Origin: Chloracidobacterium sp. N
GTDB lineage: Bacteria; Acidobacteriota; Blastocatellia; Chloracidobacteriales; Chloracidobacteriaceae
Length of the DNA stretch: 64,000 bases
Assembly (NCBI RefSeq): GCF_018304765.1
Contig: NZ_CP072642.1
Span: 1,515,819-1,579,818 of the forward strand
Reading direction: 5' to 3'
The notes beneath the pieces are model-generated. The model made no database searches, was not told the origin of the DNA, and saw nothing but the letters and a program-made list of their open reading frames with translations. Position numbers and translations under genes: made by a program. This document shows positions 19,821 to 29,922 of this stretch, in pieces (within the stretch, counting starts at the first letter, position 1; every line of letters starts with the position of its first letter).

Positions 19821-22800
19821 TTACGCTTCCTGCCGGCGGGGAAGATAGGCCACAAAGCGCGTGGAATGGGCTTCCCACGTCTCCAGCAGGTCCTGCACGG
19901 CGCGGCTTTCCGTTTCTACCATGAAATCCACAAGCAGCGCGTGCAGGGCCGTCAGTTCCTCCGGGGACAGTGCAGACGCCTCCAGGAATGCCCGGTTGAC
20001 GTGCGTCTCCGGCGCCCCGCCATAGACATAGATTTTGCCACCGGTCATACCGGCGCCCAGATTCTTCGACGTTGGCCCCAGAATGACGACCAGCCCGCCC
20101 GTCATGTACTCACAGGCGTGCAGGCCCACGCCGTGCACAACGGCCGTGGCTCCGCTGTTGCGTACGGCAAACCGGTCGCCGGCAAAACCGGCGACATACA
20201 GCGTCCCACCCGTCGCCCCATACAGTGCCGCATTGCCAATAATGGCATTGGTTTCAACGTCGCTGCGCAGGGAGTCCCGCCAGCGCGGATGGGGACGAAT
20301 GACGATTTTCCCCCCGCTCATTCCCTTCCCCACGGAATCGTTGGCTTCGCCCTGCAAACCCAGACGCAGGCCATCGGTCAGAAACACCCCAAAGCCCTGT
20401 CCGGCGCTGCCGGTAAAGCGCAGCGTGATGGGCGGCGGCGGAAACACCCGTTGGGGAGCCGGCGCGGACGGACTTTCAGCCACCGGAAACTGCCGTGCAT
20501 GCGCTTCTGCCGCCAGCCAGCCGGCCAGCGTGGCCGGTACGGCGCGGTCACGGGTCGTGATCGGGTAGTCGAAAACAGACACCGGCGGGGATGCGCCCAG
20601 CCCGGCGCGCACGTCATCAAGAATCCGCTGGTTGAGTGCCCCCACCTGAAACGGCGCACGTGGTACAGGCAGCGGCAATGGCAGCGGGGGTGTCAGGAAA
20701 AAGGACAAGTCCAGGCGGCGCTCTGCCACGCGGTCAACATGACGCGGGTGCGGCATGAGAAGGTCAGTTCGCCCGACAGCCGCGTTCAACGTCGGAATTC
20801 CGGCGCGGGACAACCATTGACGCGCGTCATCGGCAATGGCCTCAAACAGGTGCACGACATGTTCCGGCTGTCCCGTGTACTTGGCTTTGCGCCGTGGATC
20901 ATGGGTGGCAATCCCGGCCGGGCACTGGTTGGTTTCGCAGATGCGCGCCATGATGCACCCCTGGGCGACCAGCGCCAGTTTGCCGAAATCAAATTCCTCA
21001 GCGCCCAGAATCGCGGCCAGAACGACATCCAGCCCGCTGGACAACCCACCGTCCACCCGCAGGGTCACAGCTCCGCGCAACCCTTCTTCACAGAGCGCGC
21101 GATGGACTTCAACGAGTCCGATTTCCCACGGCAACCCGGCATGGGCCATGGAAATGAGTCCGGCTGCGCCCGTTCCGCCATCGCCGCCGGCAATGTGAAT
21201 GATGTCGGCTCCGGCCTTGGCCACCCCCACGGCAATCGTGCCGATGTTGTTTCCGGCAACGAGCTTGACGCTGACCCGCGCGCCCGGATGCAGGTTTTTG
21301 AGTTCCTCGATGAGTTGCTTGAGGTCTTCGATGCTGTAGATGTCATGCATCGGCGGCGGCGAAATCAAATCCATGCCGGGCGTGGCATAGCGCGCCTGGG
21401 CAATTTCGGGCGTGACCTTGTGCCGCATCAGTTGCCCACCTTCGCCGGGCTTGGCCCCCTGGGCCATTTTGATCTGGATTTCGCGCCCCGTTACCAGGTA
21501 GCGCGCGGTCACACCAAACCGCGCCGAACCAATCTGTTTGGTGCTGGCCGTCAGACCAGCCGTGAAGTAGTAGGGATTCTCTCCCCCTTCTCCACTATTG
21601 CTGCGCCCGCCAAGCTGCTGCATCGCCAGAATCAAGTCGCGCTGCGACTCGGCGCTGATGGCGCCGAAGGACATTCCGCCCGTGCCGAACGTCCGCACGA
21701 TTTCCTGCCGGGACTGAACCTGCTCCAGGGGTAGTGGCGCGCCGACGGAACGAATCGTGAGCAGATGCCGTGGGCTCACCGGCTCGTGATGGGCCCCGGA
21801 AGCCAGATAGGCGGCATACCGCTCCGGCGAGGGGTCACGGACGAAGGCATGCACCAGCCGCGCCCGCGCCGTCGTCATGGCGTGCTGCTCGCCCTGCCGG
21901 CCCTGAGTGTCTTCCTTGAACCGGAAGTGGCGCGGCAGCGCGCGCCAATCCAGCGTGTCCGCCGCCGCACACCAGTCGGCATGCTGGGCAAGCTGCTGAC
22001 GGGCGAGGTCCTCCAGTTCGAGGCCGCCCAGGCGGCTGTCCTTGCCCGGAAAGAACTCGGCGAGCAGCCGCGCCCCCAGCCCGACCGGGGTAAAAAGCTG
22101 GGCATTCTGATAGCTGGCCAAAACAGAAATGCCCATCTTGGCCATGATTTTGAGCACGCCACCGGTCAAAGCCTGAACAAGCTGCTGTTCCCGCCGGTCA
22201 GCGTCGAGGTCGTCCAGTTTGGGATGCTGACCAAAGCGCGCCCAGTCGAGCGCCACACAGGGACACACCGCTGCCGCTCCAAAGCCAATCAGCGCAGCGA
22301 CGTGGTGTGCCGTGCGAACCTCGCCCGTCTCGATGACCAGGGACGTATCGAGCAGCATCCCGGCTTCGTTGAGGCCGTTGACGATGGCGCGCAACGCCAG
22401 CAGGCTCGGTATTGGAACCCGCTGCGGACTGATGCCCCGGTCGCTGACGATGAGCACCGAAGCGCCATGCTCGGTCAGGTTCAAGGCCTGTCGCTGGAGT
22501 TCGGCCAATGCCGTTTGCAGGCCCTCCACGCCGTCCGATCTGGCAAAGGTGGCGTCCAGTTCGGCAATGTGTACGCCCAGCCGGGTCGTCCCCAGCCCTG
22601 TCCGCAGCGCCGCCATCCCGGAAAGCGAAAGTACGGGACCGGAAAGCTCGATGGCGGGCGGCGGCGGCACCAGCGTCTTGGGCGCAAAGATGTTGGGCTT
22701 GGCGCCAAGATGAACCGTCGTGTTCATCACCAGAGCTTCCCGCAGGTAGTCCACCGGCGGATTCGTCACCTGGGCAAAATCCTGATAGAAAAAGTCAAAC

Positions 22801-24269
22801 AGCGGACGTGGAATATCGGACAACACGGCCAGACGCGCCGTGTCGCCCATGGAGCCGAGCGGTTCCTTGCCCGTCGCGGCCATAGGGGCCAGAAATGTCT
22901 GCACGTCGTCGTAGGTGTAACCAAAAGCCCGCGCCAGATGGCTGAACTGTACCGCCGTTGGAGCCGGCATTGGCGGCAGAGAGCGAGTACGCGGGTCAAA
23001 GACCGCGCCGGAAGCCAGCGCCGGCGTGCGCGGCTCGATAAAGGTCACGCTGCCGGAACGCAAGTCCACTACCACGCCTGTTCCGGCATGCAGCGCGCCT
23101 TTGGCACGCACCTGCCCCTCATCCACGGCAAAGGCCCCGGCTTCGGACGCCAGATAAAAAGCGTCGTTGGTCTCCGTCCAGCGGCCCGGACGAAAGCCGT
23201 TGCGGTCCAGGCGTGCGCCCACAACCTGTCCGTCAGCAAAGGCGACGATGGCAGGGCCGTCCCAGGGTTCGAGGGCCCTTCCCCAGAAGGTGTGGTAGGC
23301 GTCACTTTCAGCCGGCGGCATGACGATGGCCAGCGCCTCGGCCAGACTCAGAACGCCGCTCCGATAGCGCAGCGCCTCGATCATTTCGTTGAGACTGCCG
23401 GTGTCGCTGATGTTTCCGTGCGTCAGCAGTTCGCCGGCTTCGAGGCCGAGTGACCGTTCCCGCGAGTAGGCCCAGGCCCGATTTCCGGCAATCGTGTTGA
23501 TTTCGCCGTTGTGGGCAATGAGTCGGAAGGGCTGGGCGCGGTCCCAGGCCGTCCGGGTGTTGGTGCTGAAGCGCCGGTGAAAGAGCGCAAACCGGGAAAC
23601 AAAGGTTGGGTGCTGCAGATCGAGATAGAAGCGGTCAAGGTCGCCCGCGCGCACGAGCGCCTTGTAAACAATGGTTGTTGGCGAAAGGGAGGCAAAAAAA
23701 CAGCTCGTGTCCAGCCCCTGCTTGCGCCAGCGTTTGCGGGTCATCTGCTTGGCGGCATAGAGCAGGCGCTCGAAGGCGGTCAGCGTCCGGGCCTGCGGTG
23801 GGCGTTTGATGACGGCCTGTTTCAGCGTCGGGAGCAGTTGCCGGGCAATGGGCCCCAGCACGGTCGGATTGGTGGGGACATCCCGACTCTCCAGTACGTG
23901 CAGGTCATGAAAATCGAAGGTCTCGGCCAGAATGTCAAAGGCGCGGGCGCTGCGTGCCGGCTCTGCCGGCAGAAAGAGAAAGGCAACGGCGATGCTTTCC
24001 GGCGGATAGCCAAAGAGGGCATAGGGCAGGTCGGTCAGCAGGCCCGCGCCATCGCTGGTGCGTCCGTCCGCAGCGCAGGCGCCCCGGTGCTCAACACAGC
24101 GCAGGGCGTGCAGCGCCGCCTCCACCACGCCCCGCTCGGGCACACCACGCCGCGACGCGATGAAACCGACCCCACAACTCGACTTCTCCAGGCGCATACG
24201 AACAAAGCCCGGCCGGCCATCCGCAGGAAAACCTCCACCCGGATGTCCGGCGCAACGGTGATATGGCAC
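19821..24269 (-). CDS. gltB: Glutamate synthase large subunit
   Basis: N-terminal amidotransferase Cys (SCGVGFIA), then FMN and GXGXG domains; 1482 aa. No gltD small subunit adjacent. Confidence 0.9.
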   Translation of the reverse strand: MPYHRCAGHPGGGFPADGRPGFVRMRLEKSSCGVGFIASRRGVPERGVVEAALHALRCVEHRGACAADGRTSDGAGLLTDLPYALFGYPPESIAVAFLFLPAEPARSARAFDILAETFDFHDLHVLESRDVPTNPTVLGPIARQLLPTLKQAVIKRPPQARTLTAFERLLYAAKQMTRKRWRKQGLDTSCFFASLSPTTIVYKALVRAGDLDRFYLDLQHPTFVSRFALFHRRFSTNTRTAWDRAQPFRLIAHNGEINTIAGNRAWAYSRERSLGLEAGELLTHGNISDTGSLNEMIEALRYRSGVLSLAEALAIVMPPAESDAYHTFWGRALEPWDGPAIVAFADGQVVGARLDRNGFRPGRWTETNDAFYLASEAGAFAVDEGQVRAKGALHAGTGVVVDLRSGSVTFIEPRTPALASGAVFDPRTRSLPPMPAPTAVQFSHLARAFGYTYDDVQTFLAPMAATGKEPLGSMGDTARLAVLSDIPRPLFDFFYQDFAQVTNPPVDYLREALVMNTTVHLGAKPNIFAPKTLVPPPPAIELSGPVLSLSGMAALRTGLGTTRLGVHIAELDATFARSDGVEGLQTALAELQRQALNLTEHGASVLIVSDRGISPQRVPIPSLLALRAIVNGLNEAGMLLDTSLVIETGEVRTAHHVAALIGFGAAAVCPCVALDWARFGQHPKLDDLDADRREQQLVQALTGGVLKIMAKMGISVLASYQNAQLFTPVGLGARLLAEFFPGKDSRLGGLELEDLARQQLAQHADWCAAADTLDWRALPRHFRFKEDTQGRQGEQHAMTTARARLVHAFVRDPSPERYAAYLASGAHHEPVSPRHLLTIRSVGAPLPLEQVQSRQEIVRTFGTGGMSFGAISAESQRDLILAMQQLGGRSNSGEGGENPYYFTAGLTASTKQIGSARFGVTARYLVTGREIQIKMAQGAKPGEGGQLMRHKVTPEIAQARYATPGMDLISPPPMHDIYSIEDLKQLIEELKNLHPGARVSVKLVAGNNIGTIAVGVAKAGADIIHIAGGDGGTGAAGLISMAHAGLPWEIGLVEVHRALCEEGLRGAVTLRVDGGLSSGLDVVLAAILGAEEFDFGKLALVAQGCIMARICETNQCPAGIATHDPRRKAKYTGQPEHVVHLFEAIADDARQWLSRAGIPTLNAAVGRTDLLMPHPRHVDRVAERRLDLSFFLTPPLPLPLPVPRAPFQVGALNQRILDDVRAGLGASPPVSVFDYPITTRDRAVPATLAGWLAAEAHARQFPVAESPSAPAPQRVFPPPPITLRFTGSAGQGFGVFLTDGLRLGLQGEANDSVGKGMSGGKIVIRPHPRWRDSLRSDVETNAIIGNAALYGATGGTLYVAGFAGDRFAVRNSGATAVVHGVGLHACEYMTGGLVVILGPTSKNLGAGMTGGKIYVYGGAPETHVNRAFLEASALSPEELTALHALLVDFMVETESRAVQDLLETWEAHSTRFVAYLPRRQEA

Positions 24270-24413
24270 GCCTGCGCTAGCAGGTCACGGCAGCCGTTTT
24301 GGGGGACACCTGCCCATGATAGCCGCGAAACCGACAGTTTCACGGGACTTCCACGGACCGCTCAAGGCATCGGTCCTGCGGCGGGGTTCTGCACCTTGTG
24401 AGCCGCAGCAGCC

Positions 24414-25430
24414 TCAACTGAATGTCTGGCCGACAGCAAAAAGCCCCACGGCAAAATAGCCCTGCTCATCCTGCCACACCATCTGGCGCGTCCACCCGGT
24501 GCGTGCGGCCATCTGCTCAAAGTCGGCCAGATCGTACTTGTAGGAATCTTCCGTGTGGATCGTCTCGCCGGCCGCAAACGGGATGGTCGTTTCTCCGATG
24601 TGAACCGTCTGCGCCTGTCGGCTGACCAGGTGCATCTCAACCCGTCCATGCGCCGGGTCATAAAAGGCACGGTGCTCAAACAGGCGCAGGTCGAAATCCG
24701 CGCCCAACTCGGTGTTGATCCGCTGAAGCAGGTTGAGGTTGAACGCCGCCGTCACTCCCTGCCCGTCGTTGTACGCTGCATCAATCACCGTGGGGTCTTT
24801 CTTCAGGTCCACGCCGATGAGCAGCAGGCCGCCGGGCCGCGCCACTTCTGCCGCATGGCGTAAAAACGTTTCTGCTTCCGGTGGAGTAAAGTTGCCGATG
24901 GTCGAACCGGGAAAGAACACCACCCGCCGCCGGTAGAAAAATTCCTCGAAATCCGGGAACTCCATTTCGCGGGTATAGTCGGCGCACACCGGTGTCACCC
25001 GCAGGCAGGGATAGGCTTGCGCCAGTTCCGTGGCGGCGGCCAGCAGGTGTTCCTTGGAAATATCCACCGGCACATAGGCCGCCAGACCCGGCAGGTGTTC
25101 GAGCAGAATACGGGTCTTGCGGCCACTTCCGCTGCCGTACTCAATCAGCAGCGCCTCTTCACCGATGAACCGGGCCATTTCGGCTGCATGGCGTTCCAGC
25201 AGTCCCGTCTCGACACGGGTCAGGTAATACTCCTCCAGTTGACAGATTTCATCGAACAGCTCCGAGCCGCGCCGGTCATAGAAGAATTTGGGCGGCAGGG
25301 CCTTGGGCACACGCAGCAATCCGGCCAGCACTTCTTCCCGAAAGTCTGCTGGCGTCGGGTGCAGGTCGTGGAAAGAGACGATGTAACCGTAGGACGGGCG
25401 CGCCGCCTGTCCGGGTCGGGGATGACTCAT
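24414..25430 (-). CDS. egtD: L-histidine N-alpha-methyltransferase EgtD
   Basis: SAM-MTase motif LIEYGSGSGRKTRILL and EgtD-type N-terminus. ATG at 25430 overlaps the egtB stop (ATGA), so the longer ORF to 25562 is rejected. Confidence 0.8.
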   Translation of the reverse strand: MSHPRPGQAARPSYGYIVSFHDLHPTPADFREEVLAGLLRVPKALPPKFFYDRRGSELFDEICQLEEYYLTRVETGLLERHAAEMARFIGEEALLIEYGSGSGRKTRILLEHLPGLAAYVPVDISKEHLLAAATELAQAYPCLRVTPVCADYTREMEFPDFEEFFYRRRVVFFPGSTIGNFTPPEAETFLRHAAEVARPGGLLLIGVDLKKDPTVIDAAYNDGQGVTAAFNLNLLQRINTELGADFDLRLFEHRAFYDPAHGRVEMHLVSRQAQTVHIGETTIPFAAGETIHTEDSYKYDLADFEQMAARTGWTRQMVWQDEQGYFAVGLFAVGQTFS

Positions 25431-26725
25431 GACATATCCTCCGCCAGCCGAACACCAGTGAACTGCCACCGCGCATCCGGCGGAAAAAAGTTTCGGTAGG
25501 TGGAGCGGATGTGGGTCAGCGACGTGGCGCAGGAACCGCCACGCAACACCATCTGGTTGCACATGAACTTGCCATTGTACTCACCCAGTGCGCCGGACAC
25601 AGGCCGAAATCCTGGATACCCCACGTACGGGCTGGCTGTCCACACCCACACATCACCGTAGAACGCGGCCGAGACCGAAACAGGCCGTGGATGCAGCGCG
25701 CCGGATTCGTAAAAGTTACCTGTCACCGGCAGGCGGGCGGCAACGACTTCCCATTCGGCTTCTGTCGGCAGGCGCTTTCCAGCCCAGCGTGCATAGGCGT
25801 CGGCCTCGTAAAAACTGATGTGGCAGACAGGTTCATACGGGGCGACGGGCTGCACCCCATGCAGGGTCATGGTCTCCCACGTGCCGTCGGCCGTCGGCCG
25901 CCAGTACAATGGCGCTTCCCAGCCGCGCGCCGTCACTGCTGCCCAACCGTCCGACAGCCACAACTCCGGCCGCCTGTAGCCGCCGTCGGCCATGAAGGCC
26001 AGAAATTCGCCGTTGGTTACGGGCCGGGCGGCAATCCGGCAGGGACGCAGCAGCACGTCGTGGCGCGGCCCTTCGTTGTCAAAGGCAAATCCGCGGCCGG
26101 CATGGCCGATGGCATAGCGGCCGCCCTCCACAATGTGCCAGTCACCGGTGGGTGACAACTGCTCCACTGGCGACGGCAGAGGCTGCGGCCGGTACACCGG
26201 ATCAAGCGGATTTGCGGCAAGAATGGCCTTGATGTCCGTCAGCAAAAGCTCCTGGTGCTGCTGCTCGTGGTGCAGGCCCAACTCCAGAATGGGCTGGAGG
26301 GCCACCCAGGTGCGCGTGTCGCTGTGGGCGATGAACCGCTCGACAGCAGCATCCACGTGCGCGCGGTAGGCATAGACCTCGCGTACCGTCGGGCGCGTCA
26401 GCAGCCCACGCTGCGGTCGCGGATGCCGCGCCCCAACCGCTTCGTAGTACGAGTTGAAAATGTAGTCGTAGCGCGGATGAAAGGGCCGGTAATCCGCCAG
26501 GCCGGATTTGAGGATGAAGGTCTCGAAAAACCAGCTCGTGTGACCCAGATGCCACTTTGGCGGACTGGCATCCGGCATTGGCTGCACGACGTAGTCTTCC
26601 GTCTCCAACGGCTGGCAGATGGCTTCGGAAACGGCGCGCACCGCCCGGTAGTGCCGCTGCCAGGCTTTCCGGTCAGACACTTCTCCAGACTGGATTGGTT
26701 CGGGATGGCTACGGGCCGCTTCCAT
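25427..26725 (-). CDS. egtB: Ergothioneine sulfoxide synthase EgtB (DinB_2 + FGE-sulfatase-like domains)
   Basis: Iron-binding motifs WHLGHTSWFFE and HHEQQHQE (HX3HXE), C-terminal FGE-like domain; 432 aa. Confidence 0.8.
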   Translation of the reverse strand: MEAARSHPEPIQSGEVSDRKAWQRHYRAVRAVSEAICQPLETEDYVVQPMPDASPPKWHLGHTSWFFETFILKSGLADYRPFHPRYDYIFNSYYEAVGARHPRPQRGLLTRPTVREVYAYRAHVDAAVERFIAHSDTRTWVALQPILELGLHHEQQHQELLLTDIKAILAANPLDPVYRPQPLPSPVEQLSPTGDWHIVEGGRYAIGHAGRGFAFDNEGPRHDVLLRPCRIAARPVTNGEFLAFMADGGYRRPELWLSDGWAAVTARGWEAPLYWRPTADGTWETMTLHGVQPVAPYEPVCHISFYEADAYARWAGKRLPTEAEWEVVAARLPVTGNFYESGALHPRPVSVSAAFYGDVWVWTASPYVGYPGFRPVSGALGEYNGKFMCNQMVLRGGSCATSLTHIRSTYRNFFPPDARWQFTGVRLAEDMS

Positions 26726-26962
26726 GACGGACGTTCCAGAACAAGTTGCCGTTTGAATGGGGTGCCTTTGGCTACCTTAGCATTGTGTCGCAGACGATGA
26801 AACCCGCCCGGACTCGATGACCGGGCACGATGCCTGATCTCCGGGAGTTACCCGGCTGGCAGCCGGATGCAAATTGTTGCTGACATGGAGCCGCGGCAAG
26901 GCTTACTTTTCCGGTCAACCTGCCATGCTCTCCATCCCGTATCGGTTTGAAGTCTGACCGCC

Positions 26963-29134
26963 ATGACCACGCTCTCTGTTGCGGAACAAACTCTGGAGAC
27001 CCGGACAACGGCTGCGGCTTCCCGCCGCTGGCTCTACGGCGCACCAACCGACCTCATCATCGGCTGCGGACTGTGGTCGCTGCCGCTGCTGCTGATCACC
27101 TACTGGGTCGAGCCATACTTTGCCGGCGGCTTCGCCACGGCTTTTTATGCCTTGGCGCTGGTGTGTAACTACCCACACTATGCGGCGACGTGGTATCGCG
27201 CCTGCGCCCAACCGGCTGACCGGCGGCGCTACCGGCAGGTGCTGGCCTGGTCTGGACTGCTGACTCTGGCCGGTCTGCTCCTCGTGCATGCGCATCCACC
27301 GCTGCTGGCCTGGGTGTTCACGCTCTATGTGTTCTGGAGCCCGTGGCACTACACGGGGCAGAACTACGGCATTGCCCTGATGTTTGCCCGCCGCCATGGA
27401 TTGACGGCGCTGGACCGGCCCACCACACGCTGGCTGTGGGCGGCCTTTGTCCTGCCCTACGTCATGCTGCTGCTGGCTTTCAACCGCGGCCCTTCGGCCG
27501 ATCCGTTGCTGTTGTCGGCCGGGCTGCCACCGGCGGTGGTCAAAGCGGCTATTGTCGTGTTGGGCGCGTCCTTTCTCGCCATAACTCTCGTTATCGGACG
27601 AAAGTTGTTCCGCCAGCACCCCTGGTCAGCCACGGGCCCCACCCTCGCCCTGCTGGCAACCCAAGCCCTGTGGTTCATCCCGGCAGCCGTCATTGTCCTG
27701 GTCGGTGAAGCCGTCTTTCAGGTCCGTTATAGCTCCGGCATGCTGGCGCTTCTGCACTCGGCCCAGTACCTCTGGATTACCTCCTACTACGCGCGCCGGG
27801 AACAGGGCCCGCAGTGGCAGCCCTGGCGCTATGCCGCTGTCCTGTTTGCCGTCGGCATTGCCCTGTTCATTCCCGGCCCCTGGGCGGCCAGCCTGTGGTT
27901 TGGTCTGGACTTCACCACCAGCTTCCTGGCCTTCACTGCCCTTATCAACATCCACCATTTCATTCTGGACGGCGCAGTGTGGAAACTCCGCGAGCCACAG
28001 ATTGCCGCCGTTCTCGTGCAGGACCAGACACAGCCCCCAAGTGCCGATGCAGCCGGAAGCGGACGTTTCAGCCCATGGTGGCGACGTTTCGCCCTGGCCG
28101 GCGCCGTGGTTGGGCTGGGGCTTCTGGCCGGACTGGATGTGTTCAAATTCGTCCTGGGTGGGCGTGTCACCGATGCGGCGGCTCTCAGTCAGGCGCTGAA
28201 ACTCAATCCAAACGATGCGCTGGTGGCGGCACGGCTGGCCCGGCTGGCACTGGCCGAAGGCGACCGCCTGCGCGCCCGTGAGGCTCTGGAACGCGCCATC
28301 GCCATCAATCCCTACGATGCAGAAAGCCAGTCCATCCTGGGACAGATGCTCATTGAACAGGGCGAATACGATGCGGCGTACCGGCACTATCAGGCGTTCC
28401 ACGAATACCTGCCCAACGATGTCCGGGCGCTGGTCAACCTGGGGACGCTGGCGGCACGACGGGGACAGGAAGAAACCGGGATTGCCGCCTGGGAACGGGC
28501 CGTGCAGCTTGACCCGGAGGGACAGACCATGGCCTGGGCCAACCTTGGCGACGCCTACATGCGCGCCAACCGCGTACCGGATGCCATCCGGGCCTACGAA
28601 CAGGCGCTGCGTGCGCCAGCGGCCGATGACCGCCAGCGGCTTGAATGGACGCTCAAACTCGGCGACAGCCAGGCGGCGGCCGGTCGCACCGCCGACGCAG
28701 AACGTCTCTACACCCAGGTACGGGAAACAGCCCCTGCCAAAGGCTTCCCCGGACTGGCAAGCACGGCCGCAACCCGGCGGGCCGGCCTGTATGCCGGCCG
28801 TAACCAGTTGGATATGGCCGCGGCCGAACATCACGCGGCACTTCAGTTGGCCGCTGAGAGCCAGGAAGACCTGGCACAGGGAGCGGCCTGGTTTGAGTAC
28901 GCGCTGTTCATGGCCCGCCAGAGCGCGCCCACGGAACTCGTCTTTGCCGCCTGCTTACAGGCCGAAACGCACTTTCGCGCGGCTGGCGCCAGCCCGGTTG
29001 TACAGGCTACCGTCCAGGCGCGTCTTCGGGATGCAGAAGCGGCCGCCGGGTCAAAGGCGGCCGGTGTGCGGGAACGCCTTGCCGAAGTGCTGTCCCAGGC
29101 ACGCGCCTGGCAGCCGCAGGCAGCAGCCCGCTGA
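26963..29134 (+). CDS. Polytopic membrane protein with C-terminal TPR repeats
   Basis: About 370 aa of hydrophobic helices, then multiple TPR-like repeats (e.g. AESQSILGQMLIEQGEYDAAYRHYQAF...). Confidence 0.6.
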   Translation: MTTLSVAEQTLETRTTAAASRRWLYGAPTDLIIGCGLWSLPLLLITYWVEPYFAGGFATAFYALALVCNYPHYAATWYRACAQPADRRRYRQVLAWSGLLTLAGLLLVHAHPPLLAWVFTLYVFWSPWHYTGQNYGIALMFARRHGLTALDRPTTRWLWAAFVLPYVMLLLAFNRGPSADPLLLSAGLPPAVVKAAIVVLGASFLAITLVIGRKLFRQHPWSATGPTLALLATQALWFIPAAVIVLVGEAVFQVRYSSGMLALLHSAQYLWITSYYARREQGPQWQPWRYAAVLFAVGIALFIPGPWAASLWFGLDFTTSFLAFTALINIHHFILDGAVWKLREPQIAAVLVQDQTQPPSADAAGSGRFSPWWRRFALAGAVVGLGLLAGLDVFKFVLGGRVTDAAALSQALKLNPNDALVAARLARLALAEGDRLRAREALERAIAINPYDAESQSILGQMLIEQGEYDAAYRHYQAFHEYLPNDVRALVNLGTLAARRGQEETGIAAWERAVQLDPEGQTMAWANLGDAYMRANRVPDAIRAYEQALRAPAADDRQRLEWTLKLGDSQAAAGRTADAERLYTQVRETAPAKGFPGLASTAATRRAGLYAGRNQLDMAAAEHHAALQLAAESQEDLAQGAAWFEYALFMARQSAPTELVFAACLQAETHFRAAGASPVVQATVQARLRDAEAAAGSKAAGVRERLAEVLSQARAWQPQAAAR

Positions 29135-29159
29135 TGCTTTCCCGGTTGGCCGCAGCCAG

Positions 29160-29900
29160 TCAGTCCGCATCAGTTTCATCTGTCCATGGGTCGCCGGTTT
29201 TTCCGCATCGGGCGGCTTCATCCTCTTCGGCGCGGGCTTTGGAAAGTGCCGAGGCCACAATGCCGGAGGGCAGGGCCACAATCCCCAGACCGATGACCAG
29301 AATGACAAAGGTAAAAAACCGCCCGCCGGCCGTAACGGGATAGCTGTCGCCATAGCCCACTGTGGTCAGGGTGGCCACCGCCCACCACAAACCGTCGAAT
29401 ATCGAGGCAAAAACTTCGGGCTGCGCCTCATGCTCGAAGTAGTAAATCCCCACCGCCGCCAGGTAAATCAGAATCAAGGCCGTGGCCGCAAACAAAATCA
29501 GTTCTTCGCGGGAAATGATCAGTGCCCGGTGGAAGCGTCGCCACGCTTGGCTGTAGCGCGTGAGCTTGAGAATCCGCAGCAGCCGCAGGAAACGCAGCGC
29601 GCGCAGGGCGCGCAAATCCACGACCAACCCCAGGTAGAAGGGCAGAATCGCGACCAAATCCACAATACCGTAAAAACTCAGCAGGTACTTGACCGCCGGG
29701 CGCGACCCGACGGCGCGGACGACATATTCCACCGTAAACACCGCCACCGAGAACACCTCAAACCACTCCAGCAGGCGGCGCTGGGTCGGACTCAGACTGG
29801 GGAGGGTTTCAAGGGCAAAATCCACCAGCGACAACAGGATGACCGCCTGGATGAATAACTCCCAGCGTCCCAAGTGCGGTTCTTCACTCTGTTTGGCCAT
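29160..29900 (-). CDS. Minimal voltage-gated potassium channel (KvAP-like, 6TM)
   Basis: S4 voltage sensor with regularly spaced Arg (LRALRALRFLRLLRILKLTRY) and the K+ selectivity filter TLTTVGYGD. Confidence 0.75.
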   Translation of the reverse strand: MAKQSEEPHLGRWELFIQAVILLSLVDFALETLPSLSPTQRRLLEWFEVFSVAVFTVEYVVRAVGSRPAVKYLLSFYGIVDLVAILPFYLGLVVDLRALRALRFLRLLRILKLTRYSQAWRRFHRALIISREELILFAATALILIYLAAVGIYYFEHEAQPEVFASIFDGLWWAVATLTTVGYGDSYPVTAGGRFFTFVILVIGLGIVALPSGIVASALSKARAEEDEAARCGKTGDPWTDETDAD

Positions 29901-29922
29901 GGTTTTTTCAGAAAGCAGCCAC

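Noticed and set aside
19866-23453. 622-aa and 562-aa plus-strand ORFs inside gltB
   Set aside because: Antisense to glutamate synthase; no motifs.
28215-29858. 547-aa plus-strand ORF
   Set aside because: Out-of-frame overlap with the TPR protein and antisense to the Kv channel, which has an unmistakable S4 segment and TVGYGD filter.
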